NCBI RefSeq assembly: GCF_037042905.1
Contig: NC_087251.1
Span: forward strand, 9,736,001-9,800,000
Length of the DNA stretch: 64,000 nt
Source: Lytechinus pictus
Lineage: Eukaryota
Reading direction: 5' to 3'
Each line of letters starts with the position of its first letter. Position 1 is the stretch's first letter. The notes beneath the pieces were generated by a model. The model was not told where the DNA came from, did no database searches, and saw only the letters and a program-made list of their open reading frames with translations. A program made the translations under genes and the position numbers. This document shows, piece after piece, positions 38,134-51,350 of this stretch.

Positions 38134-38421
38134 CTGTAAAAACAAAAGGAACTAGCATTGACTGGCTCTACTGACATGGTAGATGAAGAGGTGAACAACA
38201 GACCATGGAGGGAGCCTATAACATGATCATCAAAAGAATATATCTTTAAAATCAAATGCCCAGATTATGGTAATATTAATAAACTTATTTACTGGAAATC
38301 ATCATCTGACTCATTTTCTTATCATATGAATTATATCAAATTATTCCACCTATATATCTACGAATTTATAGCTCATTTATTGTTATTAGCAATCAATATA
38401 CCCCTTATATCTACTACGTAC

Positions 38422-38521
38422 CACATGTAATGCTGTATTTCCACTGTAGTCTGTACACATCATATCCACTCCAGCCATGTTGTATGCCTGTAATCCTAAG
38501 ACGTCATTCGTTGCTGCTGAG
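38422..38521 (-). CDS. ASPG: ASPG exon 11 (ankyrin)
   Basis: SAATNDVLGLQAYNMAGVDMMCTDYSGNTALHV |gtacgt. Confidence 0.92.
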
Positions 38522-39099
38522 CTGTAATAAAAACAAAACAACAAACCAAACAAAAAACATGAGTTATAGTAATGAATTATGTTTACATAATTGAGGAATT
38601 ATGAGCATCAGGATGACTCCATGCATCAGATAGATATTGATTGACTCTTTGGTAGATTTTTGGTTACTTTGGTTACTGTAAGCCCAAATGATACCAAAAG
38701 ATGTTTTCAATCGTCTAACCATTTGAATAAGCTAAATGGTCTTTTACACTTTGTGATGTTCACGTTCTCTTAAACTAAGACGTTGTGAAGACTTTGATAG
38801 GGGGAAAAAAATCCATGACCATCTTACCTACTGAAATTGTAAGAAGTACCCAATTCCATATACTACTCACATAAAAGGTAAATAATAATCAATTGTATGT
38901 CATATCACAAAATTGAAACATACCTCAAAGTGGTCATAAGAGAATAACTCATAGTAAACTGGACAGAAAGCACTTCAAATGACATCAAATCAGTTTGATT
39001 CAATACATAATATTAAAAGTAAATGATACCATTTAGGTAGCAATACCACTGTTTACAATGTTCACCACTCAACATTTGAGTGGTCATCCATATTCTTAC

Positions 39100-39186
39100 C
39101 TGCATAGGAGAACACCAAGATCAAAGGGACTCTCATGGACCAGATGACCACCGCACTGCTTGATGATCTCTATGGTATCAAGTTTT
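39100..39186 (-). CDS. ASPG: ASPG exon 10
   Basis: ctttatag| KLDTIEIIKQCGGHLVHESPFDLGVLLC AG|gtaaga. Confidence 0.92.
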
Positions 39187-39489
39187 CTATAAAGAAAAGA
39201 ATGAGGAAACAAATTTCAATTACTAAAATTGGGGCAATTCCACAAATTTTGTACATCTGATTCTCCTGTAATAGTGGTGCCAGAGGCCATGACCTCTATT
39301 GACCTCAGGGTATTTTGAGGTCTGTGGCTGTAAGCAGCAATCGTGAGATTCAACCCCCTTTGAACACAAGTACAATCGCTTTGAATAGTGAAAGTGATAA
39401 CAAACTATATTCCTCCTTGAAGTGATGTCTAAACATCCATCAAGCTTCTCTACAGCAGCCTGAAAGTGTATTAAAAGCACCCCACTCAC

Positions 39490-39653
39490 CTATTTCTAAT
39501 GCTGTCCATGAAGGGTGTATTGCCAAATCTATCTAGGGCATATATAGGACATCCGTTCTCAAGGAGGAACCTAACGACTTCTGTATGACCTTCACTGGCT
39601 GCTAGATGAAGGGCTGTACGACCGTCATAGTCTGCTCCGGATAAGTTGGCACC
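39490..39653 (-). CDS. ASPG: ASPG exon 9 (ankyrin repeats)
   Basis: [34 protein letters not shown]...[10 protein letters not shown]|gtgagt. Confidence 0.95.
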
Positions 39654-40137
39654 CTAGGAGGAAGAAGGGAATACCAACACATACATTAACCTTCATCTTT
39701 CTCTTTTTAATTATAACAAATTAACATCAATTGACTGAATAATGCAGTTGGTATGCATAGTCAAGGTACAAAATTACTATAGGATTAGTGCTTACTTTTT
39801 ACGTGTTTTCAAAAAGGAGACTATAACCATCTGCCTGAGTTGCTCAAGACAAGTTTGGAGCTGTATAAAATCAGCACAAATGTCTGTTTTATAAAGATTT
39901 AAAAGCAAATAAGGGGAGAATTTACCACTGAACTTGAACCTGTTTTGAAAGCTGTCTCTTCTTAAAGCCGCATAAGCAATAATTGCATTAAATTACCAAC
40001 ATCTAGCCTTGTGTACCTCATTACTTAATTAACTAAAAATAAATTATGTGATTATTCATCAAAAAAATTCTTATTTTGAAATGACAGAGATCTCAACTAC
40101 ATCTGTGAAGAATCAAATCTTTATGAATGATACTTAC

Positions 40138-40233
40138 AGCCTTCTGCATGTGTTTGATTGCATTTAGATCTCCATTTCTTGCTGCAGCACACAATAAGGG
40201 TGGGAACAGTGTGTCGCTCACAGCTTGAATTTC
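40138..40233 (-). CDS. ASPG: ASPG exon 8 (start of ankyrin region)
   Basis: EIQAVSDTLFPPLLCAAARNGDLNAIKHMQKA |gtaagt; weak AAAAG acceptor. Confidence 0.9.
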
Positions 40234-40244
40234 CTTTTAATAGT

Positions 40245-40430
40245 TCAAGAGAAAACATTACAATTGAATTAATGTCTTCACCCCAAGACCAATATTTGTA
40301 ACAATTTTATGAGCCCTGGTCAAAAACTGAGTTAGTAGTTCAATTCGTCACAGACCGACCGCCTGACCAACCATACACCAATTCCTATATTATTCCCCCT
40401 TCAAACTTCATTTGATGGGGTTAAAATAAA
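40245..40430 (+). mobile_element. Helentron/HINE-like fragment
   Basis: (ACCG)n-like microsatellite followed by cccccttcaaacttcatttgatgggg hairpin near the 3' end. Confidence 0.4.
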
Positions 40431-40801
40431 ATGATATTGATAAGAACATTTTGATTGGTTATGAATTATGTCTAACATTATATTATTCACTGTAATAGAA
40501 TGGATGCTAATGACAATCGTATTGTTATAATTTGTTATGATGAACTTTTAAAGATGTAGAGGAAAGTAGATTACTGGATAGGCTTCATTTTCTGTTTCAA
40601 ATTTCTTTTTTGGTATCTAATATAGGACATTTAAGTCAGAAGAAAAACATACTCTATTACTATGACAATATTTCAAACCAACATTTTCATTTTTATGTTT
40701 TCACTGATTGCATAATGAAATAAATGTAATCAATCTTTAAAATGTGTCCCATGATCAATGGCTAATCTTTGTATGCTACATGGTCACTCATGATCACTTA
40801 C

Positions 40802-41038
40802 TTTGCTGCTACCAATCCTCAATGTATCTACCACCGCTCTAATGAATTCACTGTTCTCAAATGTAAATGATCTGTCTTGAGCCATAGATACTGATATCTC
40901 TCCTCTAAGATTACGTTTGAGTTGTTTTCTCTTCTCTTCCGGTGAAAGGTCAGGTTGTCCAAGGATGAAACTAAGTTTACTGAGAGCCGCTTCAGGGGTA
41001 ATGTCAGATCCAGGTATCACTCCAGCATCTAACAGCAC
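40802..41038 (-). CDS. ASPG: ASPG exon 7
   Basis: VLLDAGVIPGSDITPEAALSKLSFILG...NLRGEI... |gtaagt. Confidence 0.95.
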
Positions 41039-41565
41039 CTAGAACAAAGTAATATATCATATCCTCAAACTGTGTCACCACCTTATTCTTTCAATGATCT
41101 CTTATTTGCATTAATGATGTGTGTTCAATGATATATCAAGATACTTCTGGATCAAATGAGAAAAGATGCAGACCAAAAATTAATGACTTTGACTCAATTT
41201 TCAAAATATAAATTTTTAATTCAAATTGATCATGTGTGATCCCTTCCTTGGGTTAAAGTGAAATGGGTTCTGAATCTTCAAGCCTACAGCAAACAGAATT
41301 AACACTTTAGTGTACCTTTGACAAGCAAAAATGCAATTTCCATCCATTATTTCACTCCCTGGTTACTCCATATAAAGTCTGCTCTTCCTCTGATTATAAA
41401 GTGTATTCATGCCAAGGGGCTTTTTCAAAACATTTATGTGGAGCTAAGAGTCCTGCTAAAGTAATCAATGTATAATCTGATTTCCCTTATTCGAAGGATA
41501 GTTAAATAACCTCAAGGTTGAATCGAAACAATTGATGTAAATGACACACTTTTACCAATATTCAA

Positions 41566-42081
41566 AGGGGAATCCAACCAAAATAAAATTTGTTAACATT
41601 AGAAGAAAAATCAGATAAGTACATGGGTGAAAGTTTTGACAACATCAGACAAACTATGAGAAAGTCATGAATTTTTAAAAGTTACTACTCTCCAATTTAC
41701 TCCAATACATAAAATTGTTAAATTGTTGGGGTTTTTTTAAGTTTTATTTCAAAATGTATCTTTCTTTTATGAGGATATGAAGCATTATGCTACATTGGTT
41801 ACATTTGGATTACTGACCAGGGGAATAGTTAATTGAGAGAAAAACCACCAATCCTTTATAATTAAGTATTTGGCCTATGAGAAAATTGTCCTTCCAACTT
41901 TTCAGAATTTAGTTTATACCCAGTTGCCAATTTGAAATTTACATAGTTTCAGGGATCTAAATATTAAGAGACATAACTTTCTAATTTCTTGTCCAATTTA
42001 ATTCAAACTTTCACCATTCTATTCAACTTATTTTCCTCCTTTCCCACACAACATATTATGACAAGTGTTGGAAACCTTCCT
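41566..42081. mobile_element. Kolobok-like MITE (degraded)
   Basis: aggggaatccaacc ... gttggaaaccttcct termini; imperfect inverted arms. Confidence 0.55.
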
Positions 42082-42451
42082 TAGGCCACCTTGGTCTAAT
42101 GCAAACACCCAGTGGTTGCAGTGAACCAACCTCTGTGAATCACAATACAAAAGAAGTGGCCCCTGAACATAATCTGACCAATGGTTGCAATAATGTATAC
42201 AACATCCTACTGAGAATGTAAGCGTGATTTACATTCTCAATTATCTCTGTGTGAAAGACCTCCTAGTTCTGTTAATATATCTAACCTTCAGGGACACCAA
42301 TCAGTTTTGTTCACTGAGCCTGAACAGCCAGAACACAGTTAAGTACACATGTGCTGTACAACATGTAAACTGAGAAAGTGAGAAAAGGGAAGTTGTAAGG
42401 GCCTGAATTTGGGCGAAAGCCTGAAGACTGGTATCTCTGGTTAAATCGTAC

Positions 42452-42637
42452 CTTTCCTGTTTGATAAGATGCTGATACACCACCGCTGGAGCACTGAGTA
42501 CAGTTAAGGATGATCATTCCCCTGTTTGCTGCTGCTTGTATCTCTGCTATGATATCTCTACGATCATCAGGACAGTTCCCTGCACCATACGTCTGAAGAA
42601 CAATACCTTCCATCGGAGGCTGCAGGAAAGCTCTTAC
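42452..42637 (-). CDS. ASPG: ASPG exon 6
   Basis: VRAFLQPPMEGIVLQTYGAGNCP...LNCTQCSSGGVSASYQTGK |gtacga. Confidence 0.95.
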
Positions 42638-42705
42638 CTACAAGAAAAGGTTGATAAAAAATCAGCTACAAGTATAAGAACAATGAGACAGTGACAAAAC
42701 ACATA

Positions 42706-43838
42706 GGTCCATATTCTGAAATCTGAACTCAGGTTTAATTTCAACTCTGGTTGAAGTTTAACCCTAAAAGAGCCGGGTTATTTGGACCCCTCTCAAAGCT
42801 GGGGGTGGGGGGGGGGGACACGCGAACGCTGCGAAAATTTGCACAGTGGTAGTGTGTGATAAAATCTACAAGGCTGCATGGTTGATTTTTTTTTTAATAA
42901 GATATTTCATTTAATGAATTAATTATGCTAATTTATGCATGAATTTAAACATTTGCTCTAATCAACTATCATACGGCTCCAAAACTGCTAATTTTTTATT
43001 CACAGACTCTTTGAAGGATCTCGATCAAATGTACTTCGAAAATAATTTGGTAGCGCAATTTTTTTTTTTCTTATGTATTTCTTTGTTATTCGACTTTTTT
43101 TTTTTAATGGACATTGTTGCAGACTTAATTGTGATCATAAACAAGACAAAATTAATTAAGTTTAATCAGTAAAAGTAGAAATAATGATACATTTACAAAT
43201 TTTGGCTAAATACACAATTTGCATTGGATTTGAACATGAATTCACGTTTTTGAGCAGTTTTGGGTCTGACATGCACTTACATAATGTTGCGTAATTTCGT
43301 AACCGCATACCCAGGCATCGCAAATTTGGTCTCAAAAGTTGTGCGAGATTTGTAAGTAAAAAGTCAGTGAGCAACGCAGTTGAAAAATATTGCGCGGCAG
43401 ATTAATTTGAATTAAATACAGATATTTGAATGTAAAAAAAGTCAGCAAGCAATACAGATTAATGAAAAATGTATTCCACTCACACCCCCCCCCCCCCGGG
43501 CCTTTTAGGGTCAATTATGGATGGCCAATTGTGACACATATCTTTAACAGTACATGTTCAATTTGACACTCAAGTCATTCACAACTTCTAGGAATAATCA
43601 TAGAAATGCAAATGAGACAATTAAACCTGTTCAAATAAAAAAAAAAACAGGGACAAGGAATTTTAGAAAGAGTGTGTTTACAAATTTTCTTCACATTAAA
43701 GCAAGAGGAATCAAAAAGTAACATAATAGTAAACATAAGAACAGACAATATAAAAAAGTAGCATTTTTGGCTTGCCAGTAATTTTTGGAAAAGAGTTATA
43801 CCATGGCCTTCGTTTAATTAGACTTCAGCATATGGGCC
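42706..43838. mobile_element. Harbinger-like MITE (3-bp TSD ATA) hosting a piggyBac-like MITE
   Basis: ATA|ggtccatattctgaa ... ttcagcatatgggcc|ATA. Confidence 0.65.
42762..43510. mobile_element. piggyBac-like non-autonomous element
   Basis: TTAA|ccctaaaag ... cttttaggg|TCAA; interior homologous (inverted) to 52650-53290. Confidence 0.75.
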
Positions 43839-44779
43839 ATAGATTAAACAAAAGGGCAACTTGTTTTTGTCTGGCACCCATTTTCTCCATCACTGCTCAA
43901 GCCATAAAAATGAGAGAATTAAACCTGTTCACATGAATAAAAAACAAGACATAGATTTTCAGAAGTATGTCTCTATGGAATTGCCAAAACAGATGTCTAG
44001 AGACCAATGCCTTCCACACAAGGTTGAAGGCTCTAATACCTCAAGAAGAAAACAATAGGTGTATGAATATCAGCTACAATACCATTGGGACAGTTTCCCA
44101 CAACACATATTCAAAATAATTAAAAGTTTCAAAGTTGATCGGGCACTATTCTAATTTCTGAATGCAACAACTGAGAAATGTTATAAATTACATAATGAAA
44201 CACAGATGCTTCATAAACCTATATGAATAGTTATGTGAGCCAGATTGTTGCAAAAGATATTCTTTCCACAAAAATGTGAGTTAATATTAATATAATATAA
44301 ATATTAATATTAAAATATTTCACCTCTAGCTAATGTAATTACAATTGATTAAGGGATCCACTTGTTCGCAATATTCCAGTAATTCTTAAGTTTGATTGTA
44401 ACTTCACACAATAGATTTTTTAAACACTATCAGGGCTCTGTTTTTAATACAAAGCTTGACATTAATGTTAATTCTGAAATCATGGTAGTAAGTAACATGA
44501 TCAAACTGCACAACAACTATAAACCAAAAAGAAAGGTTTCATGTAGTTAACATTGGTGAAAATGTTACAAGCAATGAGAAGGAGTCATACAATTTTAGCA
44601 TATCTGTATTTAATTCAAATGATAAACTATGCTACTCAGTATACAGTGTTTGTCAGTTTAAAACCGATCATCAATCAATCAATTTTCATGGTCCCCCCCC
44701 CAGACTTTCATGTGCATGTTGATTGAACAGACATTTAAACATATTTTGCTGAATTTATCACATCTTCCACAAACAACAG

Positions 44780-44905
44780 GGGCCCGTTGCAGAAAGAGTT
44801 GCAATCATACGCAACTTGATTTTCAACCAATCAACAGCGCGCATTTGGGACTTGCGATTTATTTTTTGGCTTGTGTTTAGACGCAACTCTTTCTGCAACG
44901 GACCC
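44780..44905. mobile_element. Small Harbinger-like palindromic MITE
   Basis: gggcccgttgcagaaagagttgc / gcaactctttctgcaacggaccc 23-bp TIR. Confidence 0.7.
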
Positions 44906-45032
44906 AGATTGTGTTTCAGAGGAAAGGCAGCCAGGTGTGACTGGTGCAAAATGGAATTTGTTCCAAAGAGCAGGATTAACACACTTTCCCTATACGAATG
45001 AAGAGATATTATTTGTTTCAAGCCTGACTTAC

Positions 45033-45145
45033 TGTTTCAGAAGTTATACTGGGAAATAGCCTGAGAAGTCCTACATTCCTCGTCATATTGGTATTCACTC
45101 TAAATGCTTCCACTGTATTGGCTCTGAATATACTCGCCCAATTCA
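45033..45145 (-). CDS. ASPG: ASPG exon 5
   Basis: Not in ORF track; ctttcag| VNWASIFRANTVEAFRVNTNMTRNVGLLRLFPSITSET |gtaagt. Confidence 0.93.
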
Positions 45146-47548
45146 CTGAAAGTAATGTCAAATATGGAATTTAAGATGGACAAATTGAGTTAAAAAAAAG
45201 AGAAAGAGAAGCAGTAAAAGAATATGAAGAAATAATGGGATAATAACAAGAAACAGATGGATAGGATAATATATCTGTTTCCGTGAAACAGTTCATTTTC
45301 TATGAATTTTAACGAACACCATATTTTTCTTGTAAATATACCATAAATTTTTCCAGGATACTTTGCAGCCACAATATTTCAACAATGAAGTAGTTGTTGA
45401 TTTTGAAGACGGAAAATTGCCCTCAAATTTCTGATTTGTTGCGGGACTGATATCGCCCAAAGAGTAAGTAGTATGAAAAATAGATATACAAAGTTGATAA
45501 TGATGTAAAAAGGAAAGAAATTTGATAAACCATGATGAAGATGTTTTAGGATTAAAGTTTGATGTCAATATTATTATTTACATAGAACTTACGTAAAGTG
45601 GTTCGCTATGCGAACGCGTAACGAGTGAAGTATGTCAGTTTTAGAAACAAATATTGAAAACAAAGTCTGTAGAATTCATAAACAATTAGTAGGATTTATT
45701 TATTTGCTCGATAGGTTGTAGTTTCAACAAGGTATTGAAATTTAAGTACAAAACACATGTTCTATTGGTGAGATAAAGCTATGTCAAATTCGATACAAGT
45801 TACAAGATTTGTTGTCTGACAGTGACGGCCATTTTGTGTTAAGGACAAGGTTACGACTTAATTACATTTATAAATTAGGCCCAAGGTTTATGTCTAAATA
45901 CGATATAGATTTTTAGAGCATGTAGATTAAATAATGCCTGAGATAAAGGCTGAATGTTTTATGAGGTTTATAATAAAATCTTTAAGCTGCATTATGCATG
46001 AGGTTATGTTGGATATTTTTTGGACAGGATGTAGAATCCAGGTCAAAGGTCAAAATCTGAAGCTGACGTGTATTTCATTTCATTCAGAAGTATCTGGAAT
46101 TTCTAAATGAATTAATTTATTACATTTTACACGTTTTGGTCTTCATGCAAAACAAAAGCAAAGGAATAGACAAAAAGGAAACATTATAGAGCAGTTCATT
46201 GATGATTTCGATCAGGGTTTTTTGTTAGCTATGAACACTGATATTGTTGGTTATAAATCATGAAAGAGGTTTTCAGGATTAATTATTGCTTAATAAGCAC
46301 CAAGTATTAATGCAAGAACAATGCATATTATTTCTATTTAGTATTAACTTTTGCTCAGATAAACAAAAGATTTAGCACTGAATGAGAAATGAACTAATTG
46401 TTTTTTATTCTTAGAATTGTGCTTAATAATGGACAGCTTTAAGCTTTAATGCTGTCAATCCAAACAAGCATGAATTAGTAATATTGCACATGCAAATTTA
46501 AAAGATTATTAATTGCATGTGTGTAAAGGAGATTTTGTTCTTCCTTTAGTTTTCAGGTTGAGATGTTGTTTTTTCCAAAAACAAGTGAAGTTTATAGTTC
46601 CTTACTTTTTATATGAAGCACAATTCTGAGAAAGTATACTTATTGAACTATTTGTGCTCTATAGACAATAGAAGTCAATTGTTCTTAATATATTTTGCAT
46701 AAATTAGGCACTTACAGATACAAAAGAACACACAAGACAAAATGTCATTTTATTAAGTGAAATTATATATTTATTGTCATATGAAATGTATTAGTGAACT
46801 GATTGAAAGCATGACACTAAACAATATGTTTATTCTTTCTGTTTCAATTACAGATTGAATGATTTGGAAGGAGAATCTTATTAAACTCCATCCTCCATAT
46901 AATATGCGGTATTAGTCTCTCTGTTATTGAACTCCTTCTGTGACTTTAATGATCCAATATCATAAAAACAGTGTTATTAGTAGAAATAGTAGAAAAAATT
47001 AAATAAGCAGCTTGGGGCAAACTACAGTAGCAAACTTAGCTGGGGTATTTAGTCAAATTTTTTGCTTTTTTATAATTTTGTATATTTCCTTTTGCAAGTA
47101 TTGTTTTGTCTGCAACCTAAAAAAATCTTTCAGATTTTTATTAATACTTAATATTTTCTAGTATCAATCAATATCTATTTCACATGTGCCTACTAGATTC
47201 TGGAGAAACTGAAATGCATTGCAAAAAGACTTCCTATATTGCTCAAATTATTCCAAGTTTATGGTCTCATTGGCCCTCTCCTTGGCCAAGATTATATTTC
47301 TGTGCCCTTATTTTTTCCAAATGATCCTGTATGCCCTACGAAAAAGTGACCTTGCTCTAAATATTGAAAATTAAAGCTTTTGGTCTTTGTGTTCAATATA
47401 AAAAAAACATGGCAGCATTGCACAATTACAGCCTGTCTGAAGCTGTTTTAAATGTTACATAATGTCAATTACATTTAATTTTTATAATTTTCCTTATGAC
47501 CAACAATAGTGAAGTTGATCAATGCTAACCTGTATTGATAGGGCTCAC

Positions 47549-47675
47549 CTGTAATATCAACAGCCATAGTAAGAAGGGGAGCTAGATTTGGAGAATCAAA
47601 AGCTTTAAAACTTTCACTCGATATCTTCACGCATCTGTTGCCTCGATACAGCTTATTATTGAAGTACAGCGCCAC
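47549..47675 (-). CDS. ASPG: ASPG exon 4
   Basis: VALYFNNKLYRGNRCVKISSESFKAFDSPNLAPL; G|gtgagc donor. Confidence 0.95.
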
Positions 47676-48148
47676 CTTGTGATCAAAGAAAACCATATGA
47701 ACCCTGATTACAATAAATAACACTCTAAATGAAATGACATGCTTGGTTGTTTTTGAAAAATCTCTGAACACAGAGAATGTGTGTCAGAACCATTTCATAA
47801 AGAGTTACAACTGTTGTTATGGCAACTACCATGGCAACAGGGCTCAGCAGCCAATCAAAATCAAGGATACCATGGTAGTTCCCATAATGGCAAAGTTACA
47901 ACAGTTGCAACTCTTTATGAAACGGGCCCCAGTTCTACTCCTCAACATGGTCATGATGAACTAGAAATTTTCAAATTGACTCTCGTTCCAAGATTGAGTT
48001 TAGATCTTCCAGAATATTGGAATCCTCTCGATACAATCAGAATTCAGAGATATTTATTCCAACCTCGGCATTTCAACAAAACAGCTATCAGCAGCATAAT
48101 CATCTCTTGTGTTTTATTAATTTGAAGGTCAAAATCTTGTAATAATAC

Positions 48149-48467
48149 CTCTGGTATGACGTAATGTCCAGCAACGTATACAGCACCAAGAAAGTTATCC
48201 CTTCCATCACTGCGTAGTTCAGAGAGTGGTACTTGAGATCCGGTAAAAATGACTGGTTTGCCTAGATTCTCCAGCATAAAGGACAATGCTGATGCAGTAT
48301 ACGCCATGGTATCTGTACCATGGATGATCACAAAGCCATCGTAGAGACGGTAATTCTCTCGGATGTTCTCCACCATGTCCAACCAATCATTGACATTGAC
48401 ATTGCTTGAGTCTTTTAAGTTTACATACTCCTTCAGATGGTAGAACACTCGGCGGTCTTTGGATACT
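48149..48467 (-). CDS. ASPG: ASPG exon 3 (DSSN and HGTDTM active-site motifs)
   Basis: KDSSNV...YDGFVIIHGTDTMAYTASALSFMLENLGKPVIFTGSQVP...YVIPE; canonical splice sites. Confidence 0.97.
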
Positions 48468-49050
48468 CTATATAGAAAAGGGGGGAAAAAACGGTTAAGT
48501 GTTGACTTTCGACTTCATTTGATATTGTAACATAGCTTTAATATTAAAGTAATCTTTTTTTCTATTAAGAAATTATGAAATATAGAGATTTATCTGGGCT
48601 TCGTATAGTAGATGTCTTCTTTCTTTTTTTTCAAATAATGAAAAGTGATATTGATAAGCAAACAGTATGAGTAATATATATACTAGGGGATAAAATTTAA
48701 AAAATAAACAAAACACCAGAATACAGTCCTACTCCTGTGTATCTATGTACCATGTTGGAATAAAGCTGTATCACATTAAAAAAAATACTGCAGGTGGCTG
48801 ATAATGACAGTACCAGTAAACTCTCTGCAACATCAGTTTTTTATTGTAGTAATAGAATAAACGACTGTGTACATACATATCCACAACTACCTAATGTGGT
48901 ACAAACTACAAAGACACACATCTTCTCTTCATTACCATTAAAATTATACTTGTACTATTAACTGATTTATCTTCAAAGTGTATTGAAACATGAAGGCGGG
49001 ATCCATGAATGTATCAAACTCAGGGGGAAAATTACAGTGTAATAATAAAT

Positions 49051-49623
49051 ATTATTAACTGTATCAGACATCTGAGCAGGGCAACTTTAATACATTGTTG
49101 CCTGCTTAAGACTGGGATCAAAGGTCGGTCAAAAAGTTTCCAATTGTTTATACACGGGCCCAATTTATTGCCCGCTCAGAAAAGTCGATGAGAAAAGGCG
49201 TGGAAATGCAGCGGGCAATAAAAGGCAGCGCTAACATCCGGGTATTCTACGCGTTTTTGTACGCGTCCTTGAACCCCGCAGTGCTATACGTCACAATATT
49301 AATCAAGTTGAGACAACGCTGGATACTGCGTCCCCAGGCCAGGGGCGCATCATTTCAATTATGTCACAATAGTAAAGTTCAGAGGCCCAGTCTGCTCAAC
49401 ATGACAAAATAGATTCCCATTCTTAAACTCTAATAAATATATAAGTTTTAACGATTTTTGCTCTAGATGTCTGATGTGGTTAATAGCAATATTGACTGGC
49501 CTTGGGGCAAAAGGACATATATCGCCCTCACTAAATTGATATCACCCTCGTCTATGACTCGGGCGATATAAATCTAGTTTGGGCGATATATGTCGTATCG
49601 CCCCGAGGCCAGTCAATATTGCT
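49051..49623 (+). repeat. Bipartite palindromic interspersed repeat, copy 1
   Basis: IR-bounded ~430-bp module plus ~140-bp hairpin (aatattgactggcc...ggccagtcaatatt); second copy at 54958. Confidence 0.75.
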
Positions 49624-50637
49624 TTATTGTGGTTAGGATTATTAAAGTGCTCAATTCCATATGAATATTAATACATGTACGTCTGTCATGGACAAATTGT
49701 ACGTCCAATAAGCCAGTTCGTAGTTCCTTTCTGCGCATGATCAAAATATTCTACGCATGATCAGAGGAAGGTCATTTGTACTAAAGAGACATGGTGGTTT
49801 AAAATCTAATAAGATAAGCACCAACTTTGATGTCTTGATTATTCATATATTCTTTTGAATTGTGGTTTTCATTTACATCCACAAACAACTGGTATTTCAC
49901 AGTTTGCCAAGTACATTGTGCAACATGCTATGATATGCATTCAGAGTAGGAATGCAACAAATACCTTCGTAAAGTGTTCATTGGTGTGCTATTCTAGTCA
50001 CCTGGTCTATTCAATTTCTTAATCCTGCTATGTAAGGCAAGCTTACATAATATCTTGCTTTGAAATCTGCCTATCATAATGAAAGAAATGAAAGGTCATT
50101 TGACCAAAATTGTCCATGAAGTAACTACGAACTGGTCTATTGTGTACATTCGTCATGATATATAAACAAACCCTGATTTGGGTACTTATCTGTCATTTGA
50201 CATATATCTCATCCTTACACTCATACCTGAATTTGAAGAAAAGATCTGAAGTAATCACAGGAATTTTTAATACAAAAAGTTGGAGAAAGTTATTTCTTTG
50301 CATATGTCCAACTGGAAGGTCACAGGAATGGTCTTGGCCCAAAATGATGTGAAAATATTTTCTTCTCATAGAAGTACATTGCTTGGTAAGAAACACCTGT
50401 TTTAATATTCTCTTTTTTTGTCACAGCTCATTAAATGCTGTGAAATGGACCTCTGTATTTGTGGAATTATACATATTGTATATTTCATATCATGTTGAAG
50501 TACAGTTTTAAAACATGGTAATGCATAGATATTTTTTCTAGTATAACAAACTGTTTGACGGACTTTGACCAAATACCTAATACTCGGAATCAGACACTCA
50601 AATATTCTACTCCAAAATTCCAAGCAATTTAACTTAC

Positions 50638-50758
50638 GGAAGGACAAAAGTATTTTTGTCTTCTTTATCGAGACCAACTTCCTTGGCATATTCAGCATCA
50701 TAAAGCATGGGCATGCTTCGTATCACTTTTCCCATGTAATTCCTTACAGGTATGTATA
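50638..50758 (-). CDS. ASPG: ASPG exon 2
   Basis: ctctttgcag| acceptor; VYIPVRNYMGKVIRSMPMLYDAEYA...TFVLP; CC|gtaagt; phases fit. Confidence 0.9.
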
Positions 50759-51350
50759 CTGCAAAGAGAGAAAAGAAAATAAAAAACTCATGAACTGGGG
50801 ATTTATTTGAAGCAACGAAAAAGATGAATAAATATAGCAAATTATATGGAATATATATATCTGTGTTAAAAACAGACCCATTCCAAGTAGTCAATGAATT
50901 TCAGTACAATTTTATAAAAAGAATTAAGCAACATGACTCACTATTTAAGCATTTGAGAACTAGGAGGCCTACATCCACAAAAACCTTTTTTAAATGAAAA
51001 TTTCCTCCATCAATAATACAAATCAACTGATTTGACTTGTTTAAATCCTTGTTTGGGAAGATTAATTCATCAATTTAGCAGCATAATTATTGTTCTTTCA
51101 CTGATTGAATATATGTCATCTTAACATTTCTGTATCAGTTATAACAAATGTTGTGACAAAAAATGTCAACTGAAGTTCAAAATTTACCAACTCGCATTAA
51201 AATTGATAGCAGGGATAACAAAATTTCAAGTGCAAAATTTCATTGCCAAATGAAGGACATCAGTAATTAACAGTGTGGTACAGATTTCTATAGGACCAAA
51301 GTTTTATGTGATTTCATGCATCTTAAGATTTTTTTTCTTCTCTTCCTCCT

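Noticed and set aside
47800..47900. RFX X-box-like GTTGCCATGG motifs in ASPG intron 3
   Set aside because: Part of a decayed Harbinger-like MITE family seen several times in the window; no evidence of function.
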